Source: an uncultured Clostridia bacterium
GTDB lineage: Bacteria > Bacillota > Clostridia > TANB77 > CAG-508
Reading direction: 5' to 3'
Assembly: GCA_944387535.1 (NCBI GenBank)
Contig: CALXFI010000003.1
Coordinates: 1-63,674 of the forward strand
Length of the DNA stretch: 63,674 nt
Shown in pieces: positions 10,575 to 21,203 of the stretch; the stretch's first letter is position 1; every line of letters begins with the position of its first letter. Under the pieces are notes generated by a model that ran no database searches, was not told where the DNA came from, and saw only the letters and a list, made by a program, of their open reading frames with translations. The position numbers were made by a program, and so were the translations under genes.

Positions 10575-11561
10575 TTATTCACTATATCCTGTTTTATCTA
10601 CTATTTCTTGGCTTATTTGTTTTACTGTATCTGATGGCACATAATCACTTTCTCCAAATACTTCTTGATGTAATCTAGTAACATTGCTTTCTAAGGTTAT
10701 AGGAACTCCATACCATCTATCTAATGTTATTCCTTTTGTTTCATATGGCCAACCTATACTTTCTGTTATTTTTATACTAGTTAAACTTGGTATCATGCTA
10801 AATACATCTGAAGCAGTTATATTTGTATATACTTTTGGAAGCACTTCATCAACAAACTTATTTAACTGGCTTATATTAAATGTCTTAACTTTATTTAATA
10901 CTGCTGTTAGTACATCTCTCATTCTTTCTGTTCTCTTATAGTCTCCACCTTCTGCATGACGAATTCTTGCATATGCTAAAGCTTGTTCACCTGTTAAATT
11001 ATATGTCCCTGCACTTGTTAATCCTGGTATATGAGATACTTCTTCTTCAGTTATATTCATACTAATTCCACCAATGTCATCTACAATCTCTTTTACAGCG
11101 TCAAAATTTACAGTTACAAATTCTGTTATATTTAAGTCAAAATTAGTATTTAAAGTTTTAATTGCAAGAGGAGCTTCTCCATATGAATAAGCATGTGTTA
11201 TTTTATCAAGTCCATGACCCTCTATTTGAACATAAGTATCACGATATACTGATACTAGTTTTACTTCTTTAGTTTCATTATTCATACTTGCAATTATTAT
11301 ACAGTCACTCCTATTTCCTTTTGAGTATGTATCTTCTCTAGAGTCAATTCCAAATATTGCAATATTTCTAAAATTAGATAAACTTTCTGCAGCTTGTGCT
11401 GATACATTTAAATCATTTTCATCTATATTTACTTGTTGCATTTTTCCAAGTTTGCTACTTACAAACCAAAAGGTTCCACCTATTATAATTGCAAGCAAAA
11501 CTAATAAAATTAAAACTGTTATTCCAAATGCTTTTAATTTTTTCCCTTTTTTCTTCGCCAT
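10575..11561 (-). CDS. LytR-CpsA-Psr (LCP) family glycopolymer ligase
   Basis: N-terminal anchor followed by 'NIAIFGIDSRE...RSDCIIIASMN' and 'VSVYRDTYV...DKITHAYSYG', the LCP core. Confidence 0.85.
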   Translation of the reverse strand: MAKKKGKKLKAFGITVLILLVLLAIIIGGTFWFVSSKLGKMQQVNIDENDLNVSAQAAESLSNFRNIAIFGIDSREDTYSKGNRSDCIIIASMNNETKEVKLVSVYRDTYVQIEGHGLDKITHAYSYGEAPLAIKTLNTNFDLNITEFVTVNFDAVKEIVDDIGGISMNITEEEVSHIPGLTSAGTYNLTGEQALAYARIRHAEGGDYKRTERMRDVLTAVLNKVKTFNISQLNKFVDEVLPKVYTNITASDVFSMIPSLTSIKITESIGWPYETKGITLDRWYGVPITLESNVTRLHQEVFGESDYVPSDTVKQISQEIVDKTGYSE

Positions 11562-11592
11562 TTTTTACCTTCCTTTGTCTTTTACATTGTTT

Positions 11593-12345
11593 CTATTGCA
11601 TTGTCTGTAATGTTGACATTAAATTTGTATATTCGTCATATGCACTTTGAGTTGTAAATACTATTTGTTCTCCTTCTACTTGCCACTCATTTTTATTCTC
11701 ACTTAAAAAGTTAAAGATACTTTCCAAATCATCTAAAGCCACTTTAGCTTGTTCTTGAGCTGTTTTTAATTCTTCTATTGCAGATTTCATACTTGCACCA
11801 GATTCTTCATCTATAGCAAGCTGTTTATACAATTCTTTATAATATTGGCTAACATTTTTATCATCTATTCTTGAAAGCAAATTATCTTCTTTTGTATTTT
11901 CTTCCATTCTACTAACGTAAATATCTATTGCTTCTCTCATATTAGCAATTTCAGCCTTACTATTTGTAAAATCTGGGCCATCTTCTTTTATGTTATCAAT
12001 TGAAACTAAATTCATAATTTTATCTTCATCTAAACTTTTCACTACTTCTTGTGTTTCAGTTATTATTTCGTTCATATAACTTTTAAGTGTTTCTTCAACT
12101 ACTGCATATGAACCTGTTGTTTTTATTTCCATATCTATTGGTGACTCTACTAAACTTCCATCATCATTTATTACTTGTACTTCTGCCATTTTATTTACTT
12201 CTGCTATTAATTTACCAGTTTGGTTTCCATGATAAAAAATAAAACCTCCCCCTGCTAAAAGAACAATAACTACTACTATTATTATAGTTATTATGACCTT
12301 TTTCTTACTTCTCTTTCCCTCTTTTTTCTTGTTTTCTTCTTCCAT
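11593..12345 (-). CDS. hypothetical membrane-anchored protein
   Basis: 250-aa ORF with a basic N-terminus, one TM helix and an acidic helical ectodomain. No recognisable family. Confidence 0.5.
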   Translation of the reverse strand: MEEENKKKEGKRSKKKVIITIIIVVVIVLLAGGGFIFYHGNQTGKLIAEVNKMAEVQVINDDGSLVESPIDMEIKTTGSYAVVEETLKSYMNEIITETQEVVKSLDEDKIMNLVSIDNIKEDGPDFTNSKAEIANMREAIDIYVSRMEENTKEDNLLSRIDDKNVSQYYKELYKQLAIDEESGASMKSAIEELKTAQEQAKVALDDLESIFNFLSENKNEWQVEGEQIVFTTQSAYDEYTNLMSTLQTMQ

Positions 12346-12489
12346 ATAAAATCCATCCCTTCTATTTTTAAATTTTTTATTATTATACTATTTATAATTT
12401 TTTTTTACAAGTTATTTATAATATTTATTTTAAATATACAAAAAATTAAGAAAGTATGTTATATATACTTTCTCAGAAAAATTATTTAT

Positions 12490-12783
12490 TTAGGCAATAC
12501 CAAGTGCTTTTTCTACTCTTTCATGTCTATATCTAAAATTTTCGTGTCCTAAACTGTTCACATTTAATTCTTTTTGAATTTCAGTTTGTTTTTGTAAGAT
12601 ATTTACTAAGTCCACTCTTTGAATCACATCAAGTCTCGCATTTATTTTAGCAATTTCTTCTTTAATTCCTTTATTCTCATATTTAACTTCTCTTACTTCT
12701 GTTTCTACCTTGTCTAGTCTTGTATTCACCTTAGTAAATTCTCCTTGTATTTTCTCCCAAAGTTCTTGAATTTCCATATGCAT
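12490..12783 (-). CDS. hypothetical coiled-coil protein
   Basis: 97-aa ORF with an AGGAG SD. The heptad-like sequence is charged (E/K-rich). The start may be the second ATG, at 12777. Confidence 0.4.
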   Translation of the reverse strand: MHMEIQELWEKIQGEFTKVNTRLDKVETEVREVKYENKGIKEEIAKINARLDVIQRVDLVNILQKQTEIQKELNVNSLGHENFRYRHERVEKALGIA

Positions 12784-13063
12784 AATCTCCTATTTATATC
12801 AATTAAATATTAACACCATTATATTTGGTTTAAAAATCCGTAAATATCAATTTTCGTACATTAAAACTTCTTTTTTCCTCTTTTTATGTCTCTTTTTCTC
12901 ATTTTTACTTGAAGTTTTGAGATTTCATCGTTCTAATTTACTTTTAGTTTTACTAAAATTTAAAATAAAGCATAAACTCTAAAAAATTTATCTATTAGAA
13001 TTTATACTTTTTTCTTTTTATTTTTTATATTTAATTTTTTTATTTCTAAATTTTTATTTGTTT

Positions 13064-14773
13064 TTACATCTTATTTGGCATTTCCATACCTAGTAAAGCA
13101 GTACCTTCTTTTAGAACTTTAGCAGTTGCATAACTTAAATATACTCTTGCATCTTTAGTTACTTTATCATCTATTATTATTTTATTTCCATTATAAAAAC
13201 TACTATATGCTTTAGCTAAATCAATTAAATATCTAGATAAAATTGATGGTTCTTCTTTTTCAGTTACCTGAATTAATATATTTTCAAAATTATATATTAA
13301 TTTTAATATATCTTGTGAATAACTATCATCTAATTTTTCCATATCTACATCTTTTATATCTGGAACTCCCCCTGCTTTTTCTAATACACTTTTAATTCTT
13401 ACATAAGTATATTGGATATAAGGTCCTGTTTCTCCTTGGAAGTTTAATATTGTATCCCAATCAAATACCTCATCTTTTACTCTGTTATTTGATAAGTCAT
13501 TAAATATAACAGCGCCTACACCAACTCTTTTAGCAGTTTCATCTTTATCTTCTAGATCTGGATTCTTTTGTTCTATTACTTCTTTTGCTCTTTCTATTGC
13601 TTCATTTAGTAAGTCTTCAAGTTTTATTGATGTTCCTTCTCTTGTAGACATTTTTCCTGTTGGCAACAATACCATACCAAAAGGTACATGTTTTAATCCT
13701 TTTACATATTTTTCATCTAAACCTAAATATTTTGCAACCGTAAATATTTGTTTAAAATGTAATATTTGTTCATATGATGTTACATATAAAGCCTTTTCAT
13801 AATCATATGTCCTTGCCCTATAAAGTATTGCCGCTAAATCTCTTGTTGCATATGTTGATGAACCATTTGATTTAACAATAATACAAGGTGTATCTATTCC
13901 AGCATCTGTTAAATCTACTATTTTAGCTCCTTGTGATTCTGTTAATTTCCCTGATTTTTCTAAAATTTCTATTACTTCTTGCATTTTATCTGAATAAAAT
14001 GCTTCTCCATTCCAAGACTCAAACTTGCTTCCAAGTAAATCATAAACTTTTTGGAATTCCTTTAAGCTAACAGCTTTAAACTTCTCCCATAATTCAGTAC
14101 AATAAGGATCTCCTTCTTCTAGTTTTTTAAAGTTATTTCTACAAGCTTCTAAGACCTTTTCATCTTCTTTACACAAATTGTTTATTCTAATATAAATTTT
14201 TGTTAACTCATCTATAGGGTTTTCATCTATATCATATTCATCGCCCCACAATTTATATCCTTCTATTAATTTACCAAATTGTGTTCCATAATCTCCTAAA
14301 TGGTTTATTCCTGTTACATTATATCCTAAGAATTTATATATATTAGATAATGCTCCTCCAATAACAGTAGAACGTAAATGACCTATATGGAATGGTTTTG
14401 CAATATTAGGTGCAGAATAATCTATTACAATGTTTCTTCCTTCCCCTACTTTTGATCTTCCATATTCTTCTTTGCTTGCTATTTCACCTAACACTCCTTC
14501 TGCAAGCATCTTTTTGTCAACGAAAAAGTTTAAGAAGCCTCCTATTACTTCTACTTTTTCTAATCCTGTTCCTTCTAAACTTATTTTTTCTTTTATCTCA
14601 TTTGCAATCACAGGTGGAGCTTTTTTTAATTCTTTTGCTAATTTAAAGCAAGGAAAAGAATAATCACCATTTTTAGTGTCTTTTGGTATTTCAACATAAG
14701 TTTCTAGCTCTTCTTTATTAATATTTACAATTTTTGCTAATTCCTCTGCAATTTTTGTTTTATAATTAATCAT
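13064..14773 (-). CDS. argS: arginine--tRNA ligase
   Basis: 569 aa. 'YSAPNIAKPFHIGHLRS' (HIGH region) and overall ArgRS architecture, including the C-terminal anticodon-binding domain ending in M. Confidence 0.95.
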   Translation of the reverse strand: MINYKTKIAEELAKIVNINKEELETYVEIPKDTKNGDYSFPCFKLAKELKKAPPVIANEIKEKISLEGTGLEKVEVIGGFLNFFVDKKMLAEGVLGEIASKEEYGRSKVGEGRNIVIDYSAPNIAKPFHIGHLRSTVIGGALSNIYKFLGYNVTGINHLGDYGTQFGKLIEGYKLWGDEYDIDENPIDELTKIYIRINNLCKEDEKVLEACRNNFKKLEEGDPYCTELWEKFKAVSLKEFQKVYDLLGSKFESWNGEAFYSDKMQEVIEILEKSGKLTESQGAKIVDLTDAGIDTPCIIVKSNGSSTYATRDLAAILYRARTYDYEKALYVTSYEQILHFKQIFTVAKYLGLDEKYVKGLKHVPFGMVLLPTGKMSTREGTSIKLEDLLNEAIERAKEVIEQKNPDLEDKDETAKRVGVGAVIFNDLSNNRVKDEVFDWDTILNFQGETGPYIQYTYVRIKSVLEKAGGVPDIKDVDMEKLDDSYSQDILKLIYNFENILIQVTEKEEPSILSRYLIDLAKAYSSFYNGNKIIIDDKVTKDARVYLSYATAKVLKEGTALLGMEMPNKM

Positions 14774-14892
14774 ATAATATACTCCTTCTCTTATTTTCTA
14801 ATACTAAAATAAGTCCTTTTATTTTCTTATCTATTATATTATGTAAAAGCCTAAAAGTCAATAAAATTACCCTATTAGAGCAAATTTATTGT

Positions 14893-15900
14893 TTATTTAC
14901 TGCTCTTTACAATATAATTCCATGAATCTTTGCACATATCTTCTAAAGTTTTTGTTGCACTCCATCCCAACTCTTCTTTTGCTTTTTTAGGATCTGCATA
15001 ACATGTTGCGATATCTCCTTCTCTTCTTGGTGCTATTTTATATGGTACCTTCTTTCCAGTTGCTTTTTCAAATGCCTTTACCATATCTAATACGCTATAG
15101 CCTTTTCCTGTGCCTAAATTATAAATAAATAATCCTTTTTCCTCTTTATCTAATTTATTTAATGCACATACATGTCCTTTAGCCAAATCTACTACATGTA
15201 TATAATCTCTTACTCCTGTCCCATCAGGTGTATCATAATCATTACCAAATACAGATAACTCTTTTAATGTTCCTGCAGCTACTCTTGCTATATATGGCAT
15301 TAAATTATTTGGTATTCCTTGTGGTTCTTCTCCAATTAAGCCACTTTCATGTGCACCTACTGGATTAAAATATCTAAGTATACAAATATCCCATGTATTA
15401 TCTGATTTATATAAATCTTTTAATATTTGCTCTATAAATAATTTAGAAGTACCATATGGGTTTGTTGTTCCTCCTGTTTTACACTCCTCTGTTAAAGGTA
15501 TTTTTTCAGGCTCACCATATACAGTTGCAGATGAACTAAATATAAATTTCTTAACATTATATTTTTTCATAGTTTCTAGAAGAATTAAGCAACCTGTTAT
15601 ATTATTATGATAATATTCTAATGGTTTTGCAACAGATTCTCCTACTGCTTTAAATCCTGCAAAATTTAGTACTGCTTCTATCTTATTTTCTTCAAAAACT
15701 TTTTCTAGTTTTTCTCTATCTAAATAGTCTAATTCATAAAATTTAAAATCTTTTCCAGTAATTTTCCTTATACTATCTAATACCTCTGGTTTACTGTTTG
15801 AAAAATTATCTACTATAACAATTTCTTTTCCTGAATTTAATAATTCTACAGCAGTATGACTTCCAATAAATCCTGCTCCTCCTGGTAATAATATTGCCAT
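14893..15900 (-). CDS. galE: UDP-glucose 4-epimerase
   Basis: '[10 protein letters not shown]', 'YGTSK' and '[12 protein letters not shown]'. 335 aa. Confidence 0.92.
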   Translation of the reverse strand: MAILLPGGAGFIGSHTAVELLNSGKEIVIVDNFSNSKPEVLDSIRKITGKDFKFYELDYLDREKLEKVFEENKIEAVLNFAGFKAVGESVAKPLEYYHNNITGCLILLETMKKYNVKKFIFSSSATVYGEPEKIPLTEECKTGGTTNPYGTSKLFIEQILKDLYKSDNTWDICILRYFNPVGAHESGLIGEEPQGIPNNLMPYIARVAAGTLKELSVFGNDYDTPDGTGVRDYIHVVDLAKGHVCALNKLDKEEKGLFIYNLGTGKGYSVLDMVKAFEKATGKKVPYKIAPRREGDIATCYADPKKAKEELGWSATKTLEDMCKDSWNYIVKSSK

Positions 15901-16036
15901 TTAAAATTCCTCCTTTTTATTATACGTATTTTACTTTATAGATTATATTACATTATTTTTTAAAATACAATATTATAAAGTTAAGAAAACAAATTTAAAA
16001 GAAAAAATGAAAAAAGATAGAAGTTAAAACTTCTAT

Positions 16037-17422
16037 CTATTTTCTAGTTACTTCAGTTCCATCTTTAGTATCTTTTATATTATAGCCTTTACTATTTATT
16101 AAATCTCTTAGTCTGTCAGATTCTTCCCAATCTTTATTATTTCTTGCAGTCTTTCTTTCTTCTATCAAATTCAATATTTCTTCTGGAATCTCTTCTAGTT
16201 TTTTATCTTCTTCATCAATTTTAAGTCCCATTACTTCATCAAATTTTAATAAAAGTTTTGCAAGTTTAGGAGATTTCTTACTACTACGAACAACCTCCCA
16301 TACAACTCCCATGCTAAGAGGCATATTTAAATCATCATTAATCGCTTTGTGGAATCTTTCTTCATATTCATTTACAACTTCGTCTTCCACATCATCTGTT
16401 CCATTTAAATGAAGTTTATAACCATTTTTTAATCTTTCTAAAGATTTTTCCGCTGCATCCATTCCTTCCCAAGTAAAGTTTAGTTTATTTCTATAATGTG
16501 ATGAATAACTAAACAATCTATAAGTTAATGGATTATAACCTCTTTCTATAATATCTTTTAATAAATAAACATTACCTAAACTTTTTGACATCTTTCCGCC
16601 ATTTATTAACAAATACTCTCCGTGTAGCCAATATCTTGCAGGAATTTTTCCACAATATCCTTTGCTTTGTGCAATTTCATTTTCATGGTGTGTAGGTATT
16701 AAATCAATTCCGCCTGTATGTATATCAAACTGTTCTCCTAAATATTTTTGTCCCATAGCAGAACATTCAATGTGCCAACCTGGATAACTTGGTCCCCATG
16801 GGCTATCCCATTTCATTAAATGATTTTCTGGTGCTTTTATCCAAAGTGCAAAATCATATGGATTTTTCTTTTCAGGATCAACTTCTACTCTTGCTCCAGC
16901 CTTTTGATTTTCTACATTTAGATTAGATAAAACTGGATATTTATCTAATTTTGATACATCAAAATATATAGCAGTTGAAGTTTCGTAAGCATATCCTTTT
17001 TCCACTAGTACTTCAACATATTTAAGCATATCTTCTATATGTTCTGTTGCTTTACATACAATCTCAGGTGTTTCTATATTTAAAGCTTTTAAATCATCAA
17101 AAAATAATTTAGTATAATACTCAGCAATTTCCTTAGGAGATTTATGTTCTTCTCTTGCTGATTTTATCATTTTGTCTTCTCCTTCATCTCCATCTGAAAC
17201 TAAGTGTCCCACATCTGTAATATTCATTGCTTGTTTTATATTATAACCGTTATAACGTAACACTTTTCTTAAAACATCTTGAAATATATTTGTTCTCAAA
17301 TTTCCTATTGTTGCATTTTTATATACAGTTGGTCCACAAGAATATATTCTAACCTCTTTTTCATTAATTGGTTTAAAAAGCTCTTTTTTTCTTGTTAATG
17401 TGTTAGTAAAAAATATATCCAT
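16037..17422 (-). CDS. cysS: cysteine--tRNA ligase
   Basis: 'YSCGPTVYKNATIGNLR', 'HIECSAM' and the KMSKS motif 'GGKMSKSLGN'. Confidence 0.95.
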   Translation of the reverse strand: MDIFFTNTLTRKKELFKPINEKEVRIYSCGPTVYKNATIGNLRTNIFQDVLRKVLRYNGYNIKQAMNITDVGHLVSDGDEGEDKMIKSAREEHKSPKEIAEYYTKLFFDDLKALNIETPEIVCKATEHIEDMLKYVEVLVEKGYAYETSTAIYFDVSKLDKYPVLSNLNVENQKAGARVEVDPEKKNPYDFALWIKAPENHLMKWDSPWGPSYPGWHIECSAMGQKYLGEQFDIHTGGIDLIPTHHENEIAQSKGYCGKIPARYWLHGEYLLINGGKMSKSLGNVYLLKDIIERGYNPLTYRLFSYSSHYRNKLNFTWEGMDAAEKSLERLKNGYKLHLNGTDDVEDEVVNEYEERFHKAINDDLNMPLSMGVVWEVVRSSKKSPKLAKLLLKFDEVMGLKIDEEDKKLEEIPEEILNLIEERKTARNNKDWEESDRLRDLINSKGYNIKDTKDGTEVTRK

Positions 17423-17486
17423 AATTTCTCCTTTACTTCCTATAAAATACCAAGATAACTTGGTATTTTATAAGATTATTTTATTT

Positions 17487-20153
17487 TTATTGAATACTTC
17501 TAGTTGTTCCTCCAGTTTCATTTGTACCTCCTGCTGGTGTCTCAGGTTCTTCTGGTTCTTGAGAACCTCCTCCAGTAGATCCTCCTCCTGTAGTTTCTCC
17601 ACCACTTGAACCTCCTCCAGTTGATGTACCTGGATTCTCTGTTCCTGTTCCACTAGTATTTTCATTTGGAGTTGTATTCGGTGTCGTTGTAGTATTGTTT
17701 ACTGGTGCCACAGGCGCTTCTGGTTCTTCCTCTTTTGGTTTTACGTGAAGATTACAAATTTCATAAACTCGTTCAGTATCATTTGTTACTTTTCTATCAA
17801 CCGGAGTCCACAATTTTAATTGTTCTTTTGGCAATACTGCTCCATAATAATTTGTTGTTACTGCACAATATTGTGAACAGTATTCAGTTGCTACCTTTCC
17901 TGACTCTGAACATATTTGTTGACTTCCATGTCCTTGACATTGTTCTGGTAAATGATTTGCTGCAAATATTTCTGTATAAGTATCTGTACATCCAGTTGTT
18001 GCTAAACATCCTGTTGCTCTACATACAGTTTCTTCTACTATTCCATTTGGTCTTTCAAATGTTTTTCCTTCCAAATCTTTATGAATATCTGTCATTACAG
18101 CATCCCAAATCTGTCCTGCTGGATTCGTTCCTGACCATTTTACTTCCTCATTATTATCATAACCAAACCATGTTGCTGCTGCATAATATGGTGTAAATCC
18201 ACAAAGCCATCTATCATTGTTATTATCTGTTGTTCCTGTTTTTGCTACTACATCCATTCCTTTCATTGCACAATATGTTGCAGTACCTCCACTCTTTGTT
18301 GGCTCCATTCCTATTTGTTTTGCAAGATATGCTGTTTGCTCTGAAAATACTCTTGTTTCTTCTTGATTTGGTGTTAATACCGTGTTTCCATTTGAATCAA
18401 CAACTTTTGTATAGAATGTTGGTGTAATATATACTCCATCATTTGCAATTGTTCCATATGCTGATGCCATCTCTAATGGACTTGCACCATGTGTCATACC
18501 ACCAATTGCTAGAGCTAATACTTCGTCATCTTTTTCATCTAATGATGATAATCCCATTTTTTGTAAATATTCTAATGATTTCTTTGGCGTTAATTCTTTC
18601 ATTATCTTAACAGCTGGTATATTTTTAGATCTTCTTATAAATTCTCTTATATCCATAGACTTGTTATCATATTTATCATCATTTTTTGGTATATAATTAT
18701 TTCCAAAGTCTGTTTTCTCATCCATATAACGTGTAGATGGTGTTATAATTCCTTCCTCTAATCCTGGTACTACATCTGCAATCATCTTTATAGATGAACC
18801 TGTTTGTTTTTTCATTTGAGTTGCTCTATTCCATCCAGAACCAGATTTTTCTCCTAATCCACCTGCTACCGCAACAACATTTCCTGTCTTATAATCAACA
18901 ATTGCCATTCCTGATTGTGTATGTTCGTTAATTAAATTTCCGTTTCCGTCTTTAACTCTTCCACTTTTTATATATTTTTCATTTTTATATTCTTCTTCCA
19001 GTCTTGTTTGAATATTGTTATCAACTGTTGAGTATATTGTAAGTCCACTACTATATACATAATTTTCTGCTATTGGTCTTGTAACATTTCTTTCTTCCAT
19101 TACTTGATTAATTACTTGGTCTAATACTGCATCTGTATGGTATGAATAATTTGATGAAGTTGATACATCTCCTTTTTGGAAGTTTAATCCGTTATCCACT
19201 TCTGCTACTGCTTCATCATATTTACCTTGGTCTATAAATCCTAATTCAAGCATTTTTCCTAATACTGTTTTTGTCCTATTTTTAATTTTTTCTGTATTAT
19301 CTGTAGATGTATCAAATGGATTATATGAAGATGGTGAATTATTTATTCCTGCCATAAATGCACACTCTGCTAATGATAAATCCTTTGCACTCTTGTTAAA
19401 GTAATATTCAGCTCCTAATTCCACTCCATGAAGATTTCCTTCTCCACCTACAAATAAGATATTCAAGTATAACTCTAGAATTTGGTCTTTTGATATCATT
19501 CTTTCCACTTGATATGCTTTTGCCCATTCTCTTATTTTTCTATATATACCTGCTAAACCTTGTGACTCATTATCTTCAGTTATATTTTTTACAAGCTGCT
19601 GAGTTATCGTACTTCCACCATAACTTGAACTTCCTCTAAATATTGTATTAAATATAGCTCCTGCTGTTCTCTTCCAGTCAACACCATGATGTGAATAAAA
19701 TCTTTCATCTTCTATTGCTACATATGCTTTTGGCAAATAATCTGACATTTCGTCTAATGTTATAATTTTTCTCTTTTCATCTCCGCTAAGATTTGCAATT
19801 ACTCCACCATTTGCATCTACTACAACAGAATTTGAAGCTTTTATTGAAAGCTCATCTTTACTTATTTCAAAGTCATCCCCAAATAATCCAAAGAATATTC
19901 CAGCTATTATTCCTGCACCTATTACACATAGTAATAAAAATATTATAACTGCTACTTTAAGTGCTGTCTTTACTTTTGGATTCATTCCTTTTTTACCATT
20001 TTTCTTCTTTTTTACATTACTTTTTGTCTCATTAGTTATTTTATTTACATCCGTCTTTTTCCTTGTTGTTGGTCTTCTTTTATTTTGTGTATTTGAAGAC
20101 CTTTTCCTATTCTGATTACTATTTCTACTTCTTCTATTACTACTATCTGGCAT
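17487..20153 (-). CDS. class A penicillin-binding protein (transglycosylase/transpeptidase, PBP1A-like)
   Basis: GT51 motifs 'EDERFYSHHGVD' and 'GGSTITQQLVKN'. Transpeptidase motifs 'GSSIKM' (SxxK) and 'KTGTT'. The C-terminal extension is Cys-rich, then G/T/S/P-rich. Confidence 0.9.
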   Translation of the reverse strand: MPDSSNRRSRNSNQNRKRSSNTQNKRRPTTRKKTDVNKITNETKSNVKKKKNGKKGMNPKVKTALKVAVIIFLLLCVIGAGIIAGIFFGLFGDDFEISKDELSIKASNSVVVDANGGVIANLSGDEKRKIITLDEMSDYLPKAYVAIEDERFYSHHGVDWKRTAGAIFNTIFRGSSSYGGSTITQQLVKNITEDNESQGLAGIYRKIREWAKAYQVERMISKDQILELYLNILFVGGEGNLHGVELGAEYYFNKSAKDLSLAECAFMAGINNSPSSYNPFDTSTDNTEKIKNRTKTVLGKMLELGFIDQGKYDEAVAEVDNGLNFQKGDVSTSSNYSYHTDAVLDQVINQVMEERNVTRPIAENYVYSSGLTIYSTVDNNIQTRLEEEYKNEKYIKSGRVKDGNGNLINEHTQSGMAIVDYKTGNVVAVAGGLGEKSGSGWNRATQMKKQTGSSIKMIADVVPGLEEGIITPSTRYMDEKTDFGNNYIPKNDDKYDNKSMDIREFIRRSKNIPAVKIMKELTPKKSLEYLQKMGLSSLDEKDDEVLALAIGGMTHGASPLEMASAYGTIANDGVYITPTFYTKVVDSNGNTVLTPNQEETRVFSEQTAYLAKQIGMEPTKSGGTATYCAMKGMDVVAKTGTTDNNNDRWLCGFTPYYAAATWFGYDNNEEVKWSGTNPAGQIWDAVMTDIHKDLEGKTFERPNGIVEETVCRATGCLATTGCTDTYTEIFAANHLPEQCQGHGSQQICSESGKVATEYCSQYCAVTTNYYGAVLPKEQLKLWTPVDRKVTNDTERVYEICNLHVKPKEEEPEAPVAPVNNTTTTPNTTPNENTSGTGTENPGTSTGGGSSGGETTGGGSTGGGSQEPEEPETPAGGTNETGGTTRSIQ

Positions 20154-20246
20154 TTTCTTACCTCCTTGCCAACTTATGAAACTTGGACAAATACATTATA
20201 TTATATTTTTTTAAAAAAAGGAAGCTTTTTATAAAATTTTAAGAAA

Positions 20247-21107
20247 TTACAAAGAAGTTCTTCTTCCCATTAATTCTATAACTTTTACTTTATCCCTAAT
20301 AATTTTCCTTTCTATATATTCATATGGCTGTTTTTTATAAATTCCTGCTTCATATATATCCTTTTGAAAATATAGTTTACTTTTATCATAATCAAACTCT
20401 TCAAAATTTTCAAAACTTATTTCATAGTCATTTATATTTAATCCATTAAATCTTTTTTTATTAATTTCTACATTTCCTTTTAGATTAACTATTATTGCTT
20501 CTTCTGGAATATTGTATTTATTTATCTCTCCACTTGTAAAATCTACATTTAATATAATTTTCGATCTTACTAGACTCTTTTTCTTGTTATTTGTTATTGT
20601 TATCATTATTCCTTCTTTTTCTAATACATCTTTTTCAAATTTTTTAAATTTTCCAATATGGTCTGTTACTATATTAACACTTTTATATGTCCTTATGATG
20701 TTCTTTATGTTTTGCATTATGTAATCACTGTCATTGTTATTTACTAAAATGCTTACATTTGTTTCTTCTTTTTTTAAGTTTTCTTTTTCTACAATATAAT
20801 CTAACACTTTACTAGATATTACTGAAAATAGCCATTGTCCACCTACTACATTTATTTCATAAACATCCAATAAGTCCACAAAATTTTGTTGTTTCTTTAA
20901 AAACTTACTTAAAATTACAGTTTTACATCCTGTTTTATCTAAGAACTTTTTTATTTTCCTTACCAAAATACCTGCTCTTTTATCATCAATAACTTCTCCT
21001 GAGCTTATTGGCAAGATGATTTTATCATCTACTATTTCTAATATATTAAATATTCTAGCCACTATTACAGGCTTGTCAGCTTCTTGAATATAATACAAAA
21101 AAATCAC
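20247..21107 (-). CDS. hypothetical protein
   Basis: 286-aa ORF with no recognisable motif. The start is probably TTG 21098, because the GTG at 21107 lies inside the AAGGAG SD. Confidence 0.45.
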   Translation of the reverse strand: MIFLYYIQEADKPVIVARIFNILEIVDDKIILPISSGEVIDDKRAGILVRKIKKFLDKTGCKTVILSKFLKKQQNFVDLLDVYEINVVGGQWLFSVISSKVLDYIVEKENLKKEETNVSILVNNNDSDYIMQNIKNIIRTYKSVNIVTDHIGKFKKFEKDVLEKEGIMITITNNKKKSLVRSKIILNVDFTSGEINKYNIPEEAIIVNLKGNVEINKKRFNGLNINDYEISFENFEEFDYDKSKLYFQKDIYEAGIYKKQPYEYIERKIIRDKVKVIELMGRRTSL

Positions 21108-21203
21108 TCCTTAAATATCTTTATTAAAATATATGTGAGTGATCTTTCATTTATAACTGTGAACTACCAACCACCTAAAGGTAGTGGGTTTTACGCTCCC
21201 TTC

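Noticed and set aside
14774-14892. T-box leaders upstream of argS (14774-14892) and cysS (17423-17486)
   Set aside because: The intergenic regions are only about 120 and 64 nt long. They lack the T-box 'AGGGTGGNACCGCG' core and a specifier or antiterminator architecture.
17468-17665. 65-aa minus-strand ORF overlapping the 3' end of the PBP gene in another frame
   Set aside because: It lies in the repetitive GC-richer tail of the PBP gene. Its E/Q/L-rich product is a frame artefact.
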